A DNA stretch of 64,000 nucleotides, taken from the NCBI GenBank assembly GCA_951406725.2, contig OX597838.1:32116001-32180000 (forward strand), written 5' to 3'. The position numbers and the translations under genes were made by a program. The DNA comes from Octopus vulgaris (taxonomy: Eukaryota). The notes under the pieces are model-generated. The model was not told where the DNA came from. It was given only the letters and a program-made list of their open reading frames with translations, and did not search any database. Positions 1 through 11,720 of this stretch are shown piece by piece. How positions within the stretch are numbered: the stretch's first letter is position 1; every line of letters starts with the position of its first letter.

Positions 1-655
1 TGTGGCAAATGAGTGCTCTGTACGTCGATGGTTTGAGAAGTTCTGATCTTGAAAAATCAGCCCCATGATAGACCTGAGACCAAGGTGAATAATGATGAGC
101 TGAAAACTGTAGTGGAAGCAGATACATCTCAAACTACGCAAGAGTTAGCAGCAAGGTTTGATGTTTTGTTTCCATCTGTATTGAACCATCTGAAACAAAT
201 CGACAAGGTAAAGAGGCTGGACAAGTGGGTACCACATGAACTGAATGAGCATCAAATGATACATCGTCTTGAAACTTGCGGTTCTTTGCTGTAATGGCAT
301 AAAAGCAAACTAATTTTGATTTGTATTGTTATACGTGATGAAAAATGGATTCTTTTCAACAATAACAAGCATTGTGTATGGTGATTGGATAGAGACAAAG
401 TGCCGAAACACAATCCCAAAAAGGAATATTAACCAAAAAAAAGCTAATGGTGTCTGCACCAACTGGCTATCATGTTTTCCAGGCATTAGACAACTTTTTG
501 CAAGGAAAACTTTTCAAATCTGAAGAAGATGCAAAAACAGCCTTTCGTGATTTCATCACCTCTTGCTCTCCAGAATTCTTTGCTGCCGGCATAAATAAGC
601 TACCGATAAAATGGCAAAATTGTGTTGATAATTTAAGTGTATACTTTGATTAAGT
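1..655 (+). mobile_element. Decayed mariner transposase remnant (5' truncated by the window edge)
   Basis: ORF 49-294 contains the mariner WVPHEL motif; ORF 447-653 resembles the mariner C-terminus (APTGYHVFQAL...GINKLPIKWQNCV); stops and frameshifts lie between them. Confidence 0.85.
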
Positions 656-687
656 GCAATTTATCTATCTATCTATCTATCTATCTG

Positions 688-719
<32 letters not shown>

Positions 720-778
720 TATATATATATACACACATATATATATATATATATACATATATATATACACATATATAT

Positions 779-832
<54 letters not shown>

Positions 833-834
<2 letters not shown>

Positions 835-1054
835 GTAAAAAGCACCATCTGACTGTGGCCGTTTGCCAGCCTCGTCTGGCACCTGTGTCGGTGGCACGTA
901 AAAGCACCCACTATACTCACGGAGTGGTTGGCATTAGGAAGGACATCCAGCCATAGAAACATTGCCAGATCAGACTGGACCTGGTGCAGCCTTCTGGCTT
1001 CCCAGACCCCAGTTGAACCGTCCAACCCATGCTAAACGATGATGATGATGATGA

Positions 1055-1057
<3 letters not shown>
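833..1057 (+). mobile_element. RTE-LINE 3'-tail repeat ending in (GAT)n
   Basis: Matches the ~20 dispersed copies in the window (...ttaggaagggcatccagc...ccaacccatgc...aaacgatgatgat). Confidence 0.8.
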
Positions 1058-1091
<34 letters not shown>

Positions 1092-1221
1092 AATATTTTT
1101 CTTGCTGGATTGCATGTTCGTTTCTCTTTTCTTCCATCTGTGATTTTATTTTTGATTTCCTCTCTCTACAAAATGGGAAGTTACATTGCAGCACAGCCAT
1201 TTTAATGAGCTGTATTTATTT

Positions 1222-1303
1222 ATCACCTGACGAGATATATCTGCTTCTGAACGTCCCACCATTGAAGGATTGATGCTAGATGTGTCGAAACCATTGTTGT
1301 GAT
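1222..1303 (+). ncRNA. Type I hammerhead ribozyme motif in a Penelope-like LTR remnant
   Basis: Stem I atcac/gtgat; core CTGACGA at 1227-1233; stem II gatatatctg/tagatgtgtc; GAAA at 1287-1290; short stem III AC(catt)GT; cleavage triplet GUU at 1296-1298; AATAAA follows. Confidence 0.6.
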
Positions 1304-1344
1304 TATTAATAAATTTTCATATATTCCATCTTCCATTTTTCCTT

Positions 1345-1389
<45 letters not shown>

Positions 1390-1440
1390 TATATATATAT
1401 ATATATTATATTATATATATATATAATATATATAATATAT

Positions 1441-1711
1441 CATCATCATTTAGCTCCGCTTTCCATGCTAGCATGGGTTGGACAGTTCAACTGGGGTCTG
1501 GGAAGCCAGAAGGCTGCACCAGGCCCAATCTGATCTGGTAATGTTTCTACGGCTGGATGCCCTTCCTAACGCCAACCACTCCATGAGTGTTGTTGGTGCT
1601 TTTTACGTGCCACCAGCACGGAGGCCTGTTGGGGCGGCACTGGCAACGGCCACGTTCAGATGGTTCACTTACGTGCCACCGGCACTGGTATCACAGCTAC
1701 AATTTCCATTG
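1441..1711 (-). mobile_element. RTE-LINE 3'-tail repeat
   Basis: Reverse-oriented copy starting catcatcatt...ttccatgctagcatgggttggac. Confidence 0.8.
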
Positions 1712-1735
1712 ATGGAATATATATATATATATATA

Positions 1736-1811
<76 letters not shown>

Positions 1812-2127
1812 CCGACAGACAGACAGATAGATAGATTGATAGATAAATTGCAGTTAACTGTTCTCTGCAAAAGATGTCTTTAATATATATATATAATATA
1901 ATATAATATAATATAATATATATATATATATATATACATACAAATATAAGAGAGAATCCACTATGTGGATGCTCTTGCGCTAAAATAGATTCGCAATGGT
2001 CTCAACCACCAAGAATTGTTCTCAAGGAAAATTAGCACAACTATGAATGTAAGCGAGGACAAATGAAAAATAACAAAAGTATATAATATAATATAATATA
2101 ATGTGTGTGTGTGTGTGTGTGTGTATG

Positions 2128-3580
2128 TCATCATTATCATCATCGTTTAACGTCCGTTTTCCATGCCAGCATGGGTTGGACGGTTCGGCCGGGGTCTGGG
2201 AATCGAGGAGGCTGCACCAGGCTCCAGTCTGATCTGGCAGTGTTTCTACAGCTGGATGCCCTTCCTAATACCAACCACTCCATGAGTGTAGTGGGTGCTT
2301 TTTATGTGCCACCAGCACAGGTGCCAGAGGAGGCTGGCAAACAGCCACGATCAGTTGGTGCTTTTTACATGTCACCAACACGAATGCCAGTCAGGCAGCG
2401 CTGCCATTTGCCACTTTCGGATGGTGCTTTTTACGTGCCACCAGCATGGATATCACAACTACAATTTCCATTTGATTTCTATTTTGATGTTGACATACTT
2501 GACTCAGTAGGTCTCCTCAAGCACAGTGGGTCACCCTACGATCCAAGGTTAGCACAGCAGGCCATCTTGTGAGCCATGAGCTCACTTCATTTGTCGAGTC
2601 TTCGCAGTCACAGCATATCACAGAGGTCTCGGTCTTTCGTCATTGCCTCAGTGAGGCCCAATATGCCACTGGCATGGCATCACAACTACAATATCCATTT
2701 GACTTTTGCTTTGATGTTGATGTACTTGACTCAATAGGCCTCCTCAAGCACAGCAGGCTCCCTACGATCCAACGTTAGCACAACAGGCCATCCTGCGAGC
2801 TATGAACTCACTTCATTTGTCAGGTCTTCACAGTCACAGTATATCTCCAGAGGTCTTGGTCTTTCATCATTGCCTCTGTGAGGCCCAACGTTTGAAGGTC
2901 ATGTTTGACCACCTCATCCCATGTCTTCATGGGTCTACCTCTACCCTGGATTCCTTCAACAGTTTGGGTAGGCACTTCTTCACACATCTCTCCTCATCCA
3001 TCCATCGTACATGACAATACCAATGCAAACATCTCTCCTGCATGCCACATCCGGTGCTTCTTATGTCCAACATTTTTCTCAGGGCGCTTACACTCTGTTG
3101 TGCATGGACACTGACATTACACATCCAGCGGATCATGCTAGCTTCATTTCTTTCAAGCCTACACATGTCCTCCGCAGTCACAGTCCATGTTTCACTGCCA
3201 TGAAGCATGGCAGTTTGCACACATGCGTCATACAATCTACCTTTCACTCTGAGTGAGAGATCCTTTGTTGCTAGTAGTGGAAGAAGCTTTCTAAACTTTG
3301 CCCAGGCTATTCTTATTCTCTGAGCATCCATCCCCACTACTAACTTGGTCACCTAAGTAGCAGAAGCTATCAACTACTTCTAGTTTCTCCCCCTGGAGTG
3401 TGATGGAATCTGTTTCTTGAGAATCTGTGGTGTTTATTGCCCCTGTGCATCTGCCACACACGAATGCTATCTAATTTTCCTTTGATGTTGCTGCACCTCT
3501 TATGTGTCCATAGCTTACACTGGGTACATCTTATGGAGTTTCTACCTACACCTTTTCTATAGATTGAGCAGGGCCACCAG
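2128..3580 (-). mobile_element. 5'-truncated, decayed RTE-clade LINE (reverse transcriptase C-terminus plus 3' tail)
   Basis: ORF 2927-3352 (RIRIAWAKFRKLLPLL...KGRLYDACVQTAMLHGSETW) is typical of the RTE RT C-terminal region and runs into the (GAT)n tail family. Confidence 0.85.
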
Positions 3581-3747
3581 CTATATATAAATTATATATA
3601 CATAAATATATATATATATAATATAAGAATTACAACAATAAAATTGAATAGAGATACAATTGACAATTCAATAATCCATTTATATTATAACATAATATAC
3701 TATAGTTTGTTAATTTATACATATCATATATAATATATATAATAACC

Positions 3748-4365
3748 CGTGGCCTATGCCAGGAGCATAACCAGCCCGCTTATGCATACCTTTTCCTTCT
3801 TTGGTCTCTAAACTCTGCTTGCGAAGACCTGTTGAGGCAAGTGAAATCAAAATCAAAATCATTTCGATGACTGGCATCTGTGCTAGTGGGGTGCAAAGAG
3901 CACCATATGAGTGTGATCGTTGACAGAGCAGCTATTCAAGTATGATCGTTACCAGTGTCGCCTTACTGGCACTTATGCCTGTGCTAGTAGGGTGCCAAGA
4001 GCACCATCTGAGCGTGATTGTTGCCAGAGCAGCCAGCTGGCTTCTGTACTCATGGCACGTAAAAGGGCACCATTTGAGCATGATCGTTACCAATGTTGCT
4101 TCACTGGCACCTGTGCCAGTGGCATGTGTAAACAGATTCGAGTGAGGTCATTGCCAGTACCGCCTGACTGGCCCCCGTGCCGGTGGCACGTAAAAAGCAC
4201 CCACTACACTCTCTGAGTGGTTGGCGTTAGGAAGGGCATCCAGCTGTAGAAACTCTGCCAGATCAAGACTGGAGCCTGGTGCAGCCATCTGGTTCACCAG
4301 CCTCAGTCAAAATCGTCCAACCCATGCTAGCATGGAAGGCGGACGTTAAACGATGATGATGATGA
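3748..4365 (+). mobile_element. RTE-LINE 3'-tail repeat, long variant with internal tandem units
   Basis: Ends ...gacgttaaacgatgatgatgatgat; internal repeated units gcacca..gagcgtgatcgtt. Confidence 0.75.
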
Positions 4366-4440
4366 TATAGATGGTGTATATATATATAATATATGGTTAT
4401 ATATCGTATATATAAAAATATATATATATATATATATATA

Positions 4441-4606
4441 TACTTTATTTAAAAGCAGCAGAAATTCAACAAAACCTGTTACTCAGAGTTTCACGTTCCC
4501 ATTCGTCGGACAGTTTTGTTAAAAAAAAAAACTGTCCGACAAACGGGAACATGAAACTCCGAGTAACAGGTTTTGTTGAATTTTCTGCTGCTTTTAAATA
4601 AAGCAT
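4441..4606. repeat. Foldback palindrome (~75 bp arms) with hammerhead-like motifs in both arms
   Basis: ctttatttaaaagcagcagaaattcaacaaaacctgttactc... is mirrored by ...gagtaacaggttttgttgaattttctgctgcttttaaataaag around an A-run; flanked by (TA)n. Confidence 0.85.
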
Positions 4607-4677
4607 ATTACTCTACCACTGGTATTTGAGTACTCTTTTTTCCACCTTGTTTCACATTTATGCATTTACTCCGGTAC

Positions 4678-4718
<41 letters not shown>

Positions 4719-4869
4719 TATATATAACATATATATATTTCTCTTTTCAATCTTATCTCTTTTCAAAGAAAATATTTCTCCCAGTGTTCATTATTTTCCT
4801 CTCCTTCTGGTCTAATGACCCTCCGTGTTTGCTTCTGTTCAGTTTCCTTGCATGTCTCCACTGTCTTGT

Positions 4870-5560
4870 TTATGTTCCCAACTTTGACGGCTGCCAATTT
4901 GCACGACACTGGTATCTGTCATGACTGTGATTTTGCTTGGCTTGATGGGTTTTCTGCTCAAGCACAACATAATGACAAAGGTTTTGGTCATTGCCACCAT
5001 GAGGCCAGCCTCTGTGAGACCCAACTCTTGAATGGATTCAGCCACGTTGCCTCTGTGATGCCCAACATTAGTAAGGAGCTCAGCCACTTTGCCTCCATCA
5101 GGCCCAACACTTGGAAGGAACTCAAGGATTTTGCCTCAGTCAGGTCCAACCTCGAGAGGAGCTCAACCACTTTGCCTCTGTCAGACCGGATGCACGAAAA
5201 GAAATCAGCCACTTTGCCTCTGTGAGGCCCATTGCTCAAAAGGAACTCAGCCACTTTGCCTCTATGAGGCCCAACATTCAAAAGATGTTATTTATGTGCC
5301 ACTGGTATGGGTGCACCTGGCTTGATGGGTCCTCTCAGGCACAGCACATTGCCAAAGATCTTCGTCCCCAGTCATTGCCACTGTGAAGCTCAAAGTTTGA
5401 AGATCATGCTTCACTACCTTGTCCCATGTCTTCCTGGGTCTACCTCTACCACAGGTTCCCTCCACAGTTAGAGATTGGCACTTCTTTCACTGCCATGCAG
5501 TATGGTTATTCATACACTGACATCAAATAATCTGCCTTTCACTCTGAGAGAGAGACCTTG
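4870..5560 (-). mobile_element. RTE-LINE 3' fragment with a ~39 bp internal tandem amplification
   Basis: Homologous to 2860-3260; the unit ctcagccactttgcctctgtgaggcccaac repeats about 7 times at 5000-5280. Confidence 0.65.
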
Positions 5561-5694
5561 AGAAAAGATTTTTTAAAACTGAAACTTGTTAATTATGTAA
5601 AACATATTTACAAGAAGCAGATTAACACAAACTTGACAGAAAGAAGTTTTTTGGCTCAAAAAGCAAAAGCAAGGCCATGTAGTGGGGCATGGAG

Positions 5695-5960
5695 TTATGT
5701 ACAGGGTGGGTGTTCATACAAAGAGTTCAGGCCATTTCTGGTCAGAGAGACTTTGAACCGAGCGGTCGTCAGCATCTTGACTATCTTGCCCAGCAGCTTA
5801 TTCCACAGATTCACAACCTGGATGGAGAAAGCCCCTCTCCTTCGATTGAGATGAAATTGTCGTAGATAGAGCTTTTCAGAGTGACCCCGCAGCCCATGCT
5901 CTGGAGCAGGAGTAAAGAACAGCTCTTTTGAGAGGTTACACTTTCCGCTTTTAGCTATTT
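5695..5960 (-). mobile_element. CR1/L2-type LINE 3' fragment
   Basis: Translation GLRGHSEKLYLRQFHLNRRRGAFSIQVVNLWNKL matches the TRGH...RR.FFS.RVV..WN.L CR1 ORF2 tail motif. Confidence 0.75.
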
Positions 5961-6042
5961 TCAAGTTTTCACACACAAGTGTTATAAGGTAACACTTAGA
6001 GAAATATTTATTTTTATTAGTGGTTTTCACTATTTCTAGTTA

Positions 6043-6405
6043 TCTTCACCTTAGCGAAGGCGGAGGTGTTGTTTTCAGTCATGTTTGTTTGTTTGCTTGT
6101 CCGTGGACAAGATATCTCAAGAACTGCTGGATGAAACTTCCAGGGATGTTTGGCCTCATGACTGGCACAAACTGATTAAATTTTGGGATCGATCCGGTAC
6201 CAGACAAGGATTCTGGATTATGTTTCCAGTTTTTTTTTTTTACTTAAATTTCGAGAGCAGTCAAGTTCATTTTTAGTATTCTGGTTTGTGAGAGCAGTCA
6301 AGTTTATTTCAGATATTCTCATTTTAAAAATCATCTCCAGCTAATCATTGAAAGGACGTTGGTGTTGCCTTGACAGAGGTTTCTGCTCTCTGAGTGCTTT
6401 TGTTT
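6043..6405 (+). mobile_element. Non-autonomous Helentron-associated (HINE/DINE-like) element
   Basis: 5' cacctt..gcgaaggcggagg, internal (GTTT)n, 3' ttgacagaggttt..gctctctgagtgcttt hairpin: the subterminal-IR plus hairpin layout of HINEs. Confidence 0.5.
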
Positions 6406-6662
6406 AGTTTTGGATTGAGAATTCTTATAAAGTATTCTGTTGCCTTTCATAATTAATCATTTCTTACCTATATTTTGAAAAAGGTGAATATTTTTGAATT
6501 TCCCATTGCACACATCTAGATGTTTTCATTATGGAACTTTTTTAAGAGATGCGTCTCTGATTTGTTGCTTATGCATCCAAATCCAATCATTTAATTTTAT
6601 TTTACTGCGATGCAGTTAATGAAAGCTTTTGCTTTGCTACTCCAGTTTGCACTTTACTTTAA

Positions 6663-6884
6663 CCCTTCCGTTACTGTATTTATTTTGAGATGCTCTGCGT
6701 TTCTTTCAATTAATTTTAAATATAGCAAAGAATTTAATAAAATAACTTAGTTATCATTAAGCTAGTGTTAGGAACAGTATTTGTGACTAAGGTTTGGTGG
6801 AAGACTTTAATTAAAAACTAATGAAAACAAGACATTTGTACTACAGAACCAGAGCTGGTTTCAGCCGGGTTGGTAACAAAAGGG
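6663..6884. mobile_element. piggyBac-like MITE
   Basis: TTAA on both sides (6659-6662, 6885-6888); TIRs cccttccgttac / gtaacaaaaggg. Confidence 0.8.
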
Positions 6885-7449
6885 TTAATTCCTTCCCATT
6901 CTTGAATTTTTTGGTTTTAATCTGTTTATTCAACTTACACATCCCACAACAAAGATCTCCACGTTTTGTTACCTGCATTATTTCTTCTACTTATATGAAT
7001 TTCGCCTTTCATGAGAGTCTTTTCAGATTGTCTTCATCTGTTGTACAGCATGGAAAATACACCAACAGCATCACCCATTTTATTTTAACATCAAATCTTA
7101 AAACCCTTCAAACTTGGGACCTCTCGCTTTATGCTCCTTACATTAATCAAACTCACAACAACACGTAAACACATTGCAGTATGACTATTTTGCCAGTTTC
7201 ATTTAACAAATCAAAGAAGAAAACTGCCTCATACCTTTCATAGTGTCTGGACAAATTCCCTCAAAAATAGCAGATAAACCACTTCCTCCTCCTGGATACG
7301 TTTCAACCAGTGGACAATTCCTTGGTTGAGTGGACAATAGACATAATCTAAGCATCACTGAAAGGACACAGCCAAGTGATATTGTTAAATCAGGCATTAC
7401 TGGGCAAATTCTGGCCAAAATATATCTAAGCTTGGCTCTGTGTGTGTTA

Positions 7450-8050
7450 TCATCATTTAACGTCCGTTTTTCATGCTGGCATGGGTTGGATGGTTTGACA
7501 TGGAACTGATAAGGCCAGGAGCTACACCAAGTTCCATTGTCTGTTTTGGCATGGTTTCTATGGCTGGATGCCCTTCCTAACATGCCAACCACTTTACAGG
7601 TGCTTTTAATTGGTACTGGATGCTTTTAGCATAGCACCAACACAAGGGCCATTTAAGTGACACCAGTATCAATTCTGCTGTGGTGGATGGGTTCTCTTGA
7701 GTATGGCAATATCTTGGTCCTTAGTCCCCTTCTTCATAAGGCTCAGTGTCTTGAGATTGTTGGTCAAGACTTTATCCCATGTCTTCCTGAGTCTCCCTGT
7801 TTCACATGTTTCATCCACTCTCAGTGATCGGCGCTTCTGTATGCAACTGTCCTACATCCATACACATCACATGACCAAACCAGTACAATCTTCTCTCTTG
7901 CACACTGCATCCATTCTTCTCATGTCCAACTGTTCTCTCAATACACTGGACACTGCCCATCCAGTGGAGCATACTAGCTTCATTCCTCTCCAGTCTTTGC
8001 ATGTCTTCTACATTCAGGGCCCATGTCTCACTACCATGTAGCATTGCTGT
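7450..8050 (-). mobile_element. RTE-LINE fragment (RT C-terminus plus tail)
   Basis: ORF 7811-8044 MLHGSETWALNVEDMQRLERNEASML. Confidence 0.75.
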
Positions 8051-8061
8051 ATGTATACATT

Positions 8062-8552
8062 GAAATCGAAATCAAATTCGATGACTGGCATCTGTGTTAG
8101 TGGAGTGCTAAGAGCACCATCCGAGCGTGATCATTGCCAGAGCAGCTGACTGGCTTCTGTGCTGGTGGCACATAAAAAGCACCTTTCAAGCGTGATTGTT
8201 ACCAGTGTCGCCTTACTGGCACTTGTGCCGGTGGCACGTGAAAAAAACATTAGAGCAAGGTCATTGCCGGTGCCGCTGGACTGGCTCCTGTGCAGGTGGC
8301 ACGTAAAAAACACCGTTTGAGCATGGCTGTTGCCAGTACCGCCCGACTGGCCCTTGTGCCGGTGGCAGGTGAAAGCACCCACTACACTCTCGGAGTGGTT
8401 GGCGTTAGGAAGGGCATCCAGCTGTAGAAACACTGCCAGATCAAGATTGGAGCCTGGTGCAGCCATCTGGTTCGCCAGTCCTCAGTCAAATCGTGCAACC
8501 TATGCTAGCATGGAAAGCAGACGTTAAACGATGACGACAATAATGAGGATGA
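8062..8552 (+). mobile_element. RTE-LINE 3'-tail repeat, long variant
   Basis: Near copy of 3843-4365. Confidence 0.75.
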
Positions 8553-9548
8553 TACATGCATCATACAATCTTCACTTCACTCAGAGAGGGAGAGAGAGAG
8601 AGAGAGAGAGAGACCTTTGCAGAGGTAAAAGCTCTCTGAATTTTCTCCATTCTATTCGTATTCCAGAATATTCTATGTTGTTGAATGAGGAAGGGGGAAA
8701 CTGAATATATTTTCTCAAAGGTGTGGTCAATAAACTGTGAAAAAAAATCTATCAGAAAAGGGGTCCCCACCATATTTCTTAGCACATCAAACAATAGAAG
8801 GAATGTATTTACATTGTTATATTTCTCTCTCAGCTAGGTTATTTAATATTTAAATTTATTTCACTTAATCTGATTCACATTGAGTTGTTTACGGAATATA
8901 AATTGCTTAATTATATAAATCAAGTTATCCTTCCCCACCGCCCATAGTGAACGCCTAATTTTCATCTGCTCTGTATTATGAGTGAATGTACTTGATTCAA
9001 GTGAAATTGTAGTCGTGGCTGATGCCAGTGCCACCTGACTGGCACCTAAAAAGCACCCACAATACTCTGACTGGTTGGTTCTAAAAAAGGGTATCAAGTT
9101 GTAGAAACCTTGCCAGATCAGATTGGAACCTGGCGCAGCCTCCTGGCTCGCCAGTCCTCAGTCAAACTGTCCAACCCATGCCAGCATGGAAAGCAGACGT
9201 TAAACAGCGATGATGATGATGATGATGATGATTTTATGCTATTGATTAGGGAAGAAATCCAGATATGTCTTCTGTCAAGAACAAACAACAAACCATGAAA
9301 CTATTCCCCAGGGGCCTCTCTCCTCTTTACACTGCACATTAGAAGCATAGAAGGGATGTCTTTACACTTATAATTTCTCTTGCAGCTAGGTTTTATAATA
9401 TTTAAATATATCATCATCATCATCATCATCTTTATCACTATCGATCATGGTCTCCTGCCACACTCACCTCCACTCCTACCCCCTCTCCAACCATCTGCTA
9501 TTCCCCACCTACATCCTGAGGACATGCCCCAACAACTTTCCACCAACA

Positions 9549-9681
9549 CCCCCACCCCTACCCCCACCCCTACCCACACCCCTACCCCCACCCTACCCCC
9601 ACCCCTACCCCCACCCCTACCCCCACCCCTACCCCCACCCCTACCCCCACCCCTACCCCCACCCCTCCCCACCCCTCCCTA
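9549..9681 (-). repeat. 12-bp tandem repeat (TGGGGGTAGGGG)n on -, G-quadruplex-prone
   Basis: (CCCCTACCCCCA)n on + for about 11 units. Confidence 0.85.
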
Positions 9682-9957
9682 CACCGTGTTGGGCAGCCAA
9701 GCATCCCCTCAACAAAACCCCGTTTCCACCTCTCTACCACACTCCAGCACCCATCCCATCCCAACACCTGTGGCACACAACAACCCTTCAACCACACCAA
9801 CCCCACTCTGTGTGTGGGTGTGTGTCCGCGTATGCGTGTATATATATCTCGAGAAAAACAAAGTAGTCAGAATTTTGGATAATCATTTATTCAACACTTT
9901 CATTTTGTTTCAGCTCTATCTGTCTTTCTATCTCTCTCTCTCTATCTCTCTCTCCCT

Positions 9958-9989
<32 letters not shown>

Positions 9990-10536
9990 TTCGACCATTG
10001 ATCGGTCAATCATTGATCTATAGATAGATAGATTTACATACATACACACTCAAACGTATTTTTTTTATAGGACAATTTACCAATCCAATGCTACTTAAGT
10101 ACTGAGACACCAACTTTAGGGAATCAGAGTCGACTTCCAGAGTTCTTAGGATATTCCAACCATTCAGAAACCTTCTGGAGGTTTTCCAGCTTTTCCAGAG
10201 GTAAGTGTCTTAAAGTCTTCAATGATAGAAGTGTCAGTATAAGTCTGTGTTTGATCCTTATTCATTCTTAATTGATCCCTGTTTGCCACCAACTGACAAC
10301 CCCTCCAGCTGAAGCGACAAGCAACACTTGAAATAAAAGCTGTGAACAAAGTATGATGCTGTATGTTTGTGGAAGAAGCTGACATCCTAGACCAGGCATG
10401 GGCAGCCCCCTTCTTTGAGAAAAGGGCCACATGAGATATGACTCAACATTAGGCAGGCTGTACTAATTAAAAAAAAAATTAACTTAATCTTTCGTTAAGC
10501 TTACCATTTAGAAAGCCCTGCGGGTCACAGGTTTCC

Positions 10537-10850
10537 CATCATCATCATCATCGTTTAGCGTCCGTTTTCCATGCTAGCATGGGTTGGACAGTTCAACTGG
10601 GGTCTGGGAAGCCAGAAGGCTGCGCCAGGCCCAGTCTGATCTGGCAGTGTTTCTACAGCTGGATGCCCTTCCTAACGCCAACCACTCCGAGAGTGTAGTG
10701 GGTGCTTTTTATGTGCCACCTGCACAGGTGCCAGACAAGGCTGGCAAACGGCCACGATTGGATGGTGCTTTTTACGTGCCACCGGCACAGGGGCCAGACA
10801 AGGCTGGCAATGGCCACAATCGGATGGTGCTTTTTATGTGCCACCGGTCA
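10537..10850 (-). mobile_element. RTE-LINE 3'-tail repeat
   Basis: Same family as 1441-1711. Confidence 0.8.
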
Positions 10851-11188
10851 TAACTATTCTAAATTTAATGAGACACTTGAGGTGAAAAGTGAATTAGCTA
10901 CTCTCACAAGACTTGAACCAACGACCTCTCCTTTGCCAGGTGACCAAGTAAATAATCACAGTTACAGCACCTGTCATTCCATTTCTTTGATTAGGTTCTA
11001 TAAATAGATTTCTGTCGTTTTATTCTTCGTATTTTATCCCCACAAAAGACCAGGTCCCTCATTTGGTGCTAATATGGTAACTTAGTCTACAAATGCCCAA
11101 CTTTTTTAGTATCGAGATGTTACACATTGATTCAGTGTTTGTGATAAGAAATTATCCTTTGGAATTTAATTAACACTTAACCTTTCGG

Positions 11189-11450
11189 AATTACGGAGAT
11201 GTACTTGCATAGCAAGTGATTTGATCTGAGATCGTGTGCTGAAACGAAAACAATTGCAGCGTGGAAGGTGTTTATAAGCCATTTAAGAAACACACAAAAA
11301 CCGTTAGATTCACTTCAACATTTAAGTTTAATTTGTCAAAATACTTTCGTCGCTTTAAGACCGCGACCTGTTCACTGACAAAAATCTGTGCTAGCACGGC
11401 TTTTGTGTGTTTCTTAAATGGCTTACAAACACCTCCCATGCTGCAATTGT
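11189..11450. mobile_element. Penelope-like LTR remnant with inverted arms and a hammerhead variant (second copy at 52718-52922)
   Basis: Inverted repeat 11251-11302 vs 11396-11449; minus-strand motif tttgtca GTGAACA g gtcgc..gcgac GAAA gtat TT tgacaaa at 11332-11382. Confidence 0.6.
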
Positions 11451-11506
11451 AAGACTTAACCATTGTACATTTAATGTAGACTATATTTCATATAATATAC
11501 ACCAGA

Positions 11507-11720
11507 AGGCAGCTGGCAGAAACGTTAGCACGCTGAGTGAAATGCTTATCAGTATTTCATCTGTCTTTATGTTCTGAGTTCAAATTCCGCTGAGGTCGAC
11601 TTTGCCTTTCATCCTTTCAGGGTTAATAAATTAAGTACCAGTCACATACTGGGGTCGATCTAATTGACTTGCCCCCTCTCCCAAAATTTCAGGCCTTGTG
11701 CCTAGAGTAGAAAAGAATAT
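11507..11720 (+). mobile_element. tRNA-derived SINE family C (core gactttgcctttcatccttt..gataaa..agtacc)
   Basis: A-box/B-box-like head (tggcagaaacgttagc ... gagttcaaattcc); multiple copies in the window. Confidence 0.75.

Noticed and set aside
9380-10027. Proline-rich 215-aa ORF
   Set aside because: Explained by the 12-bp C-rich repeat and adjacent microsatellites; non-ATG start.
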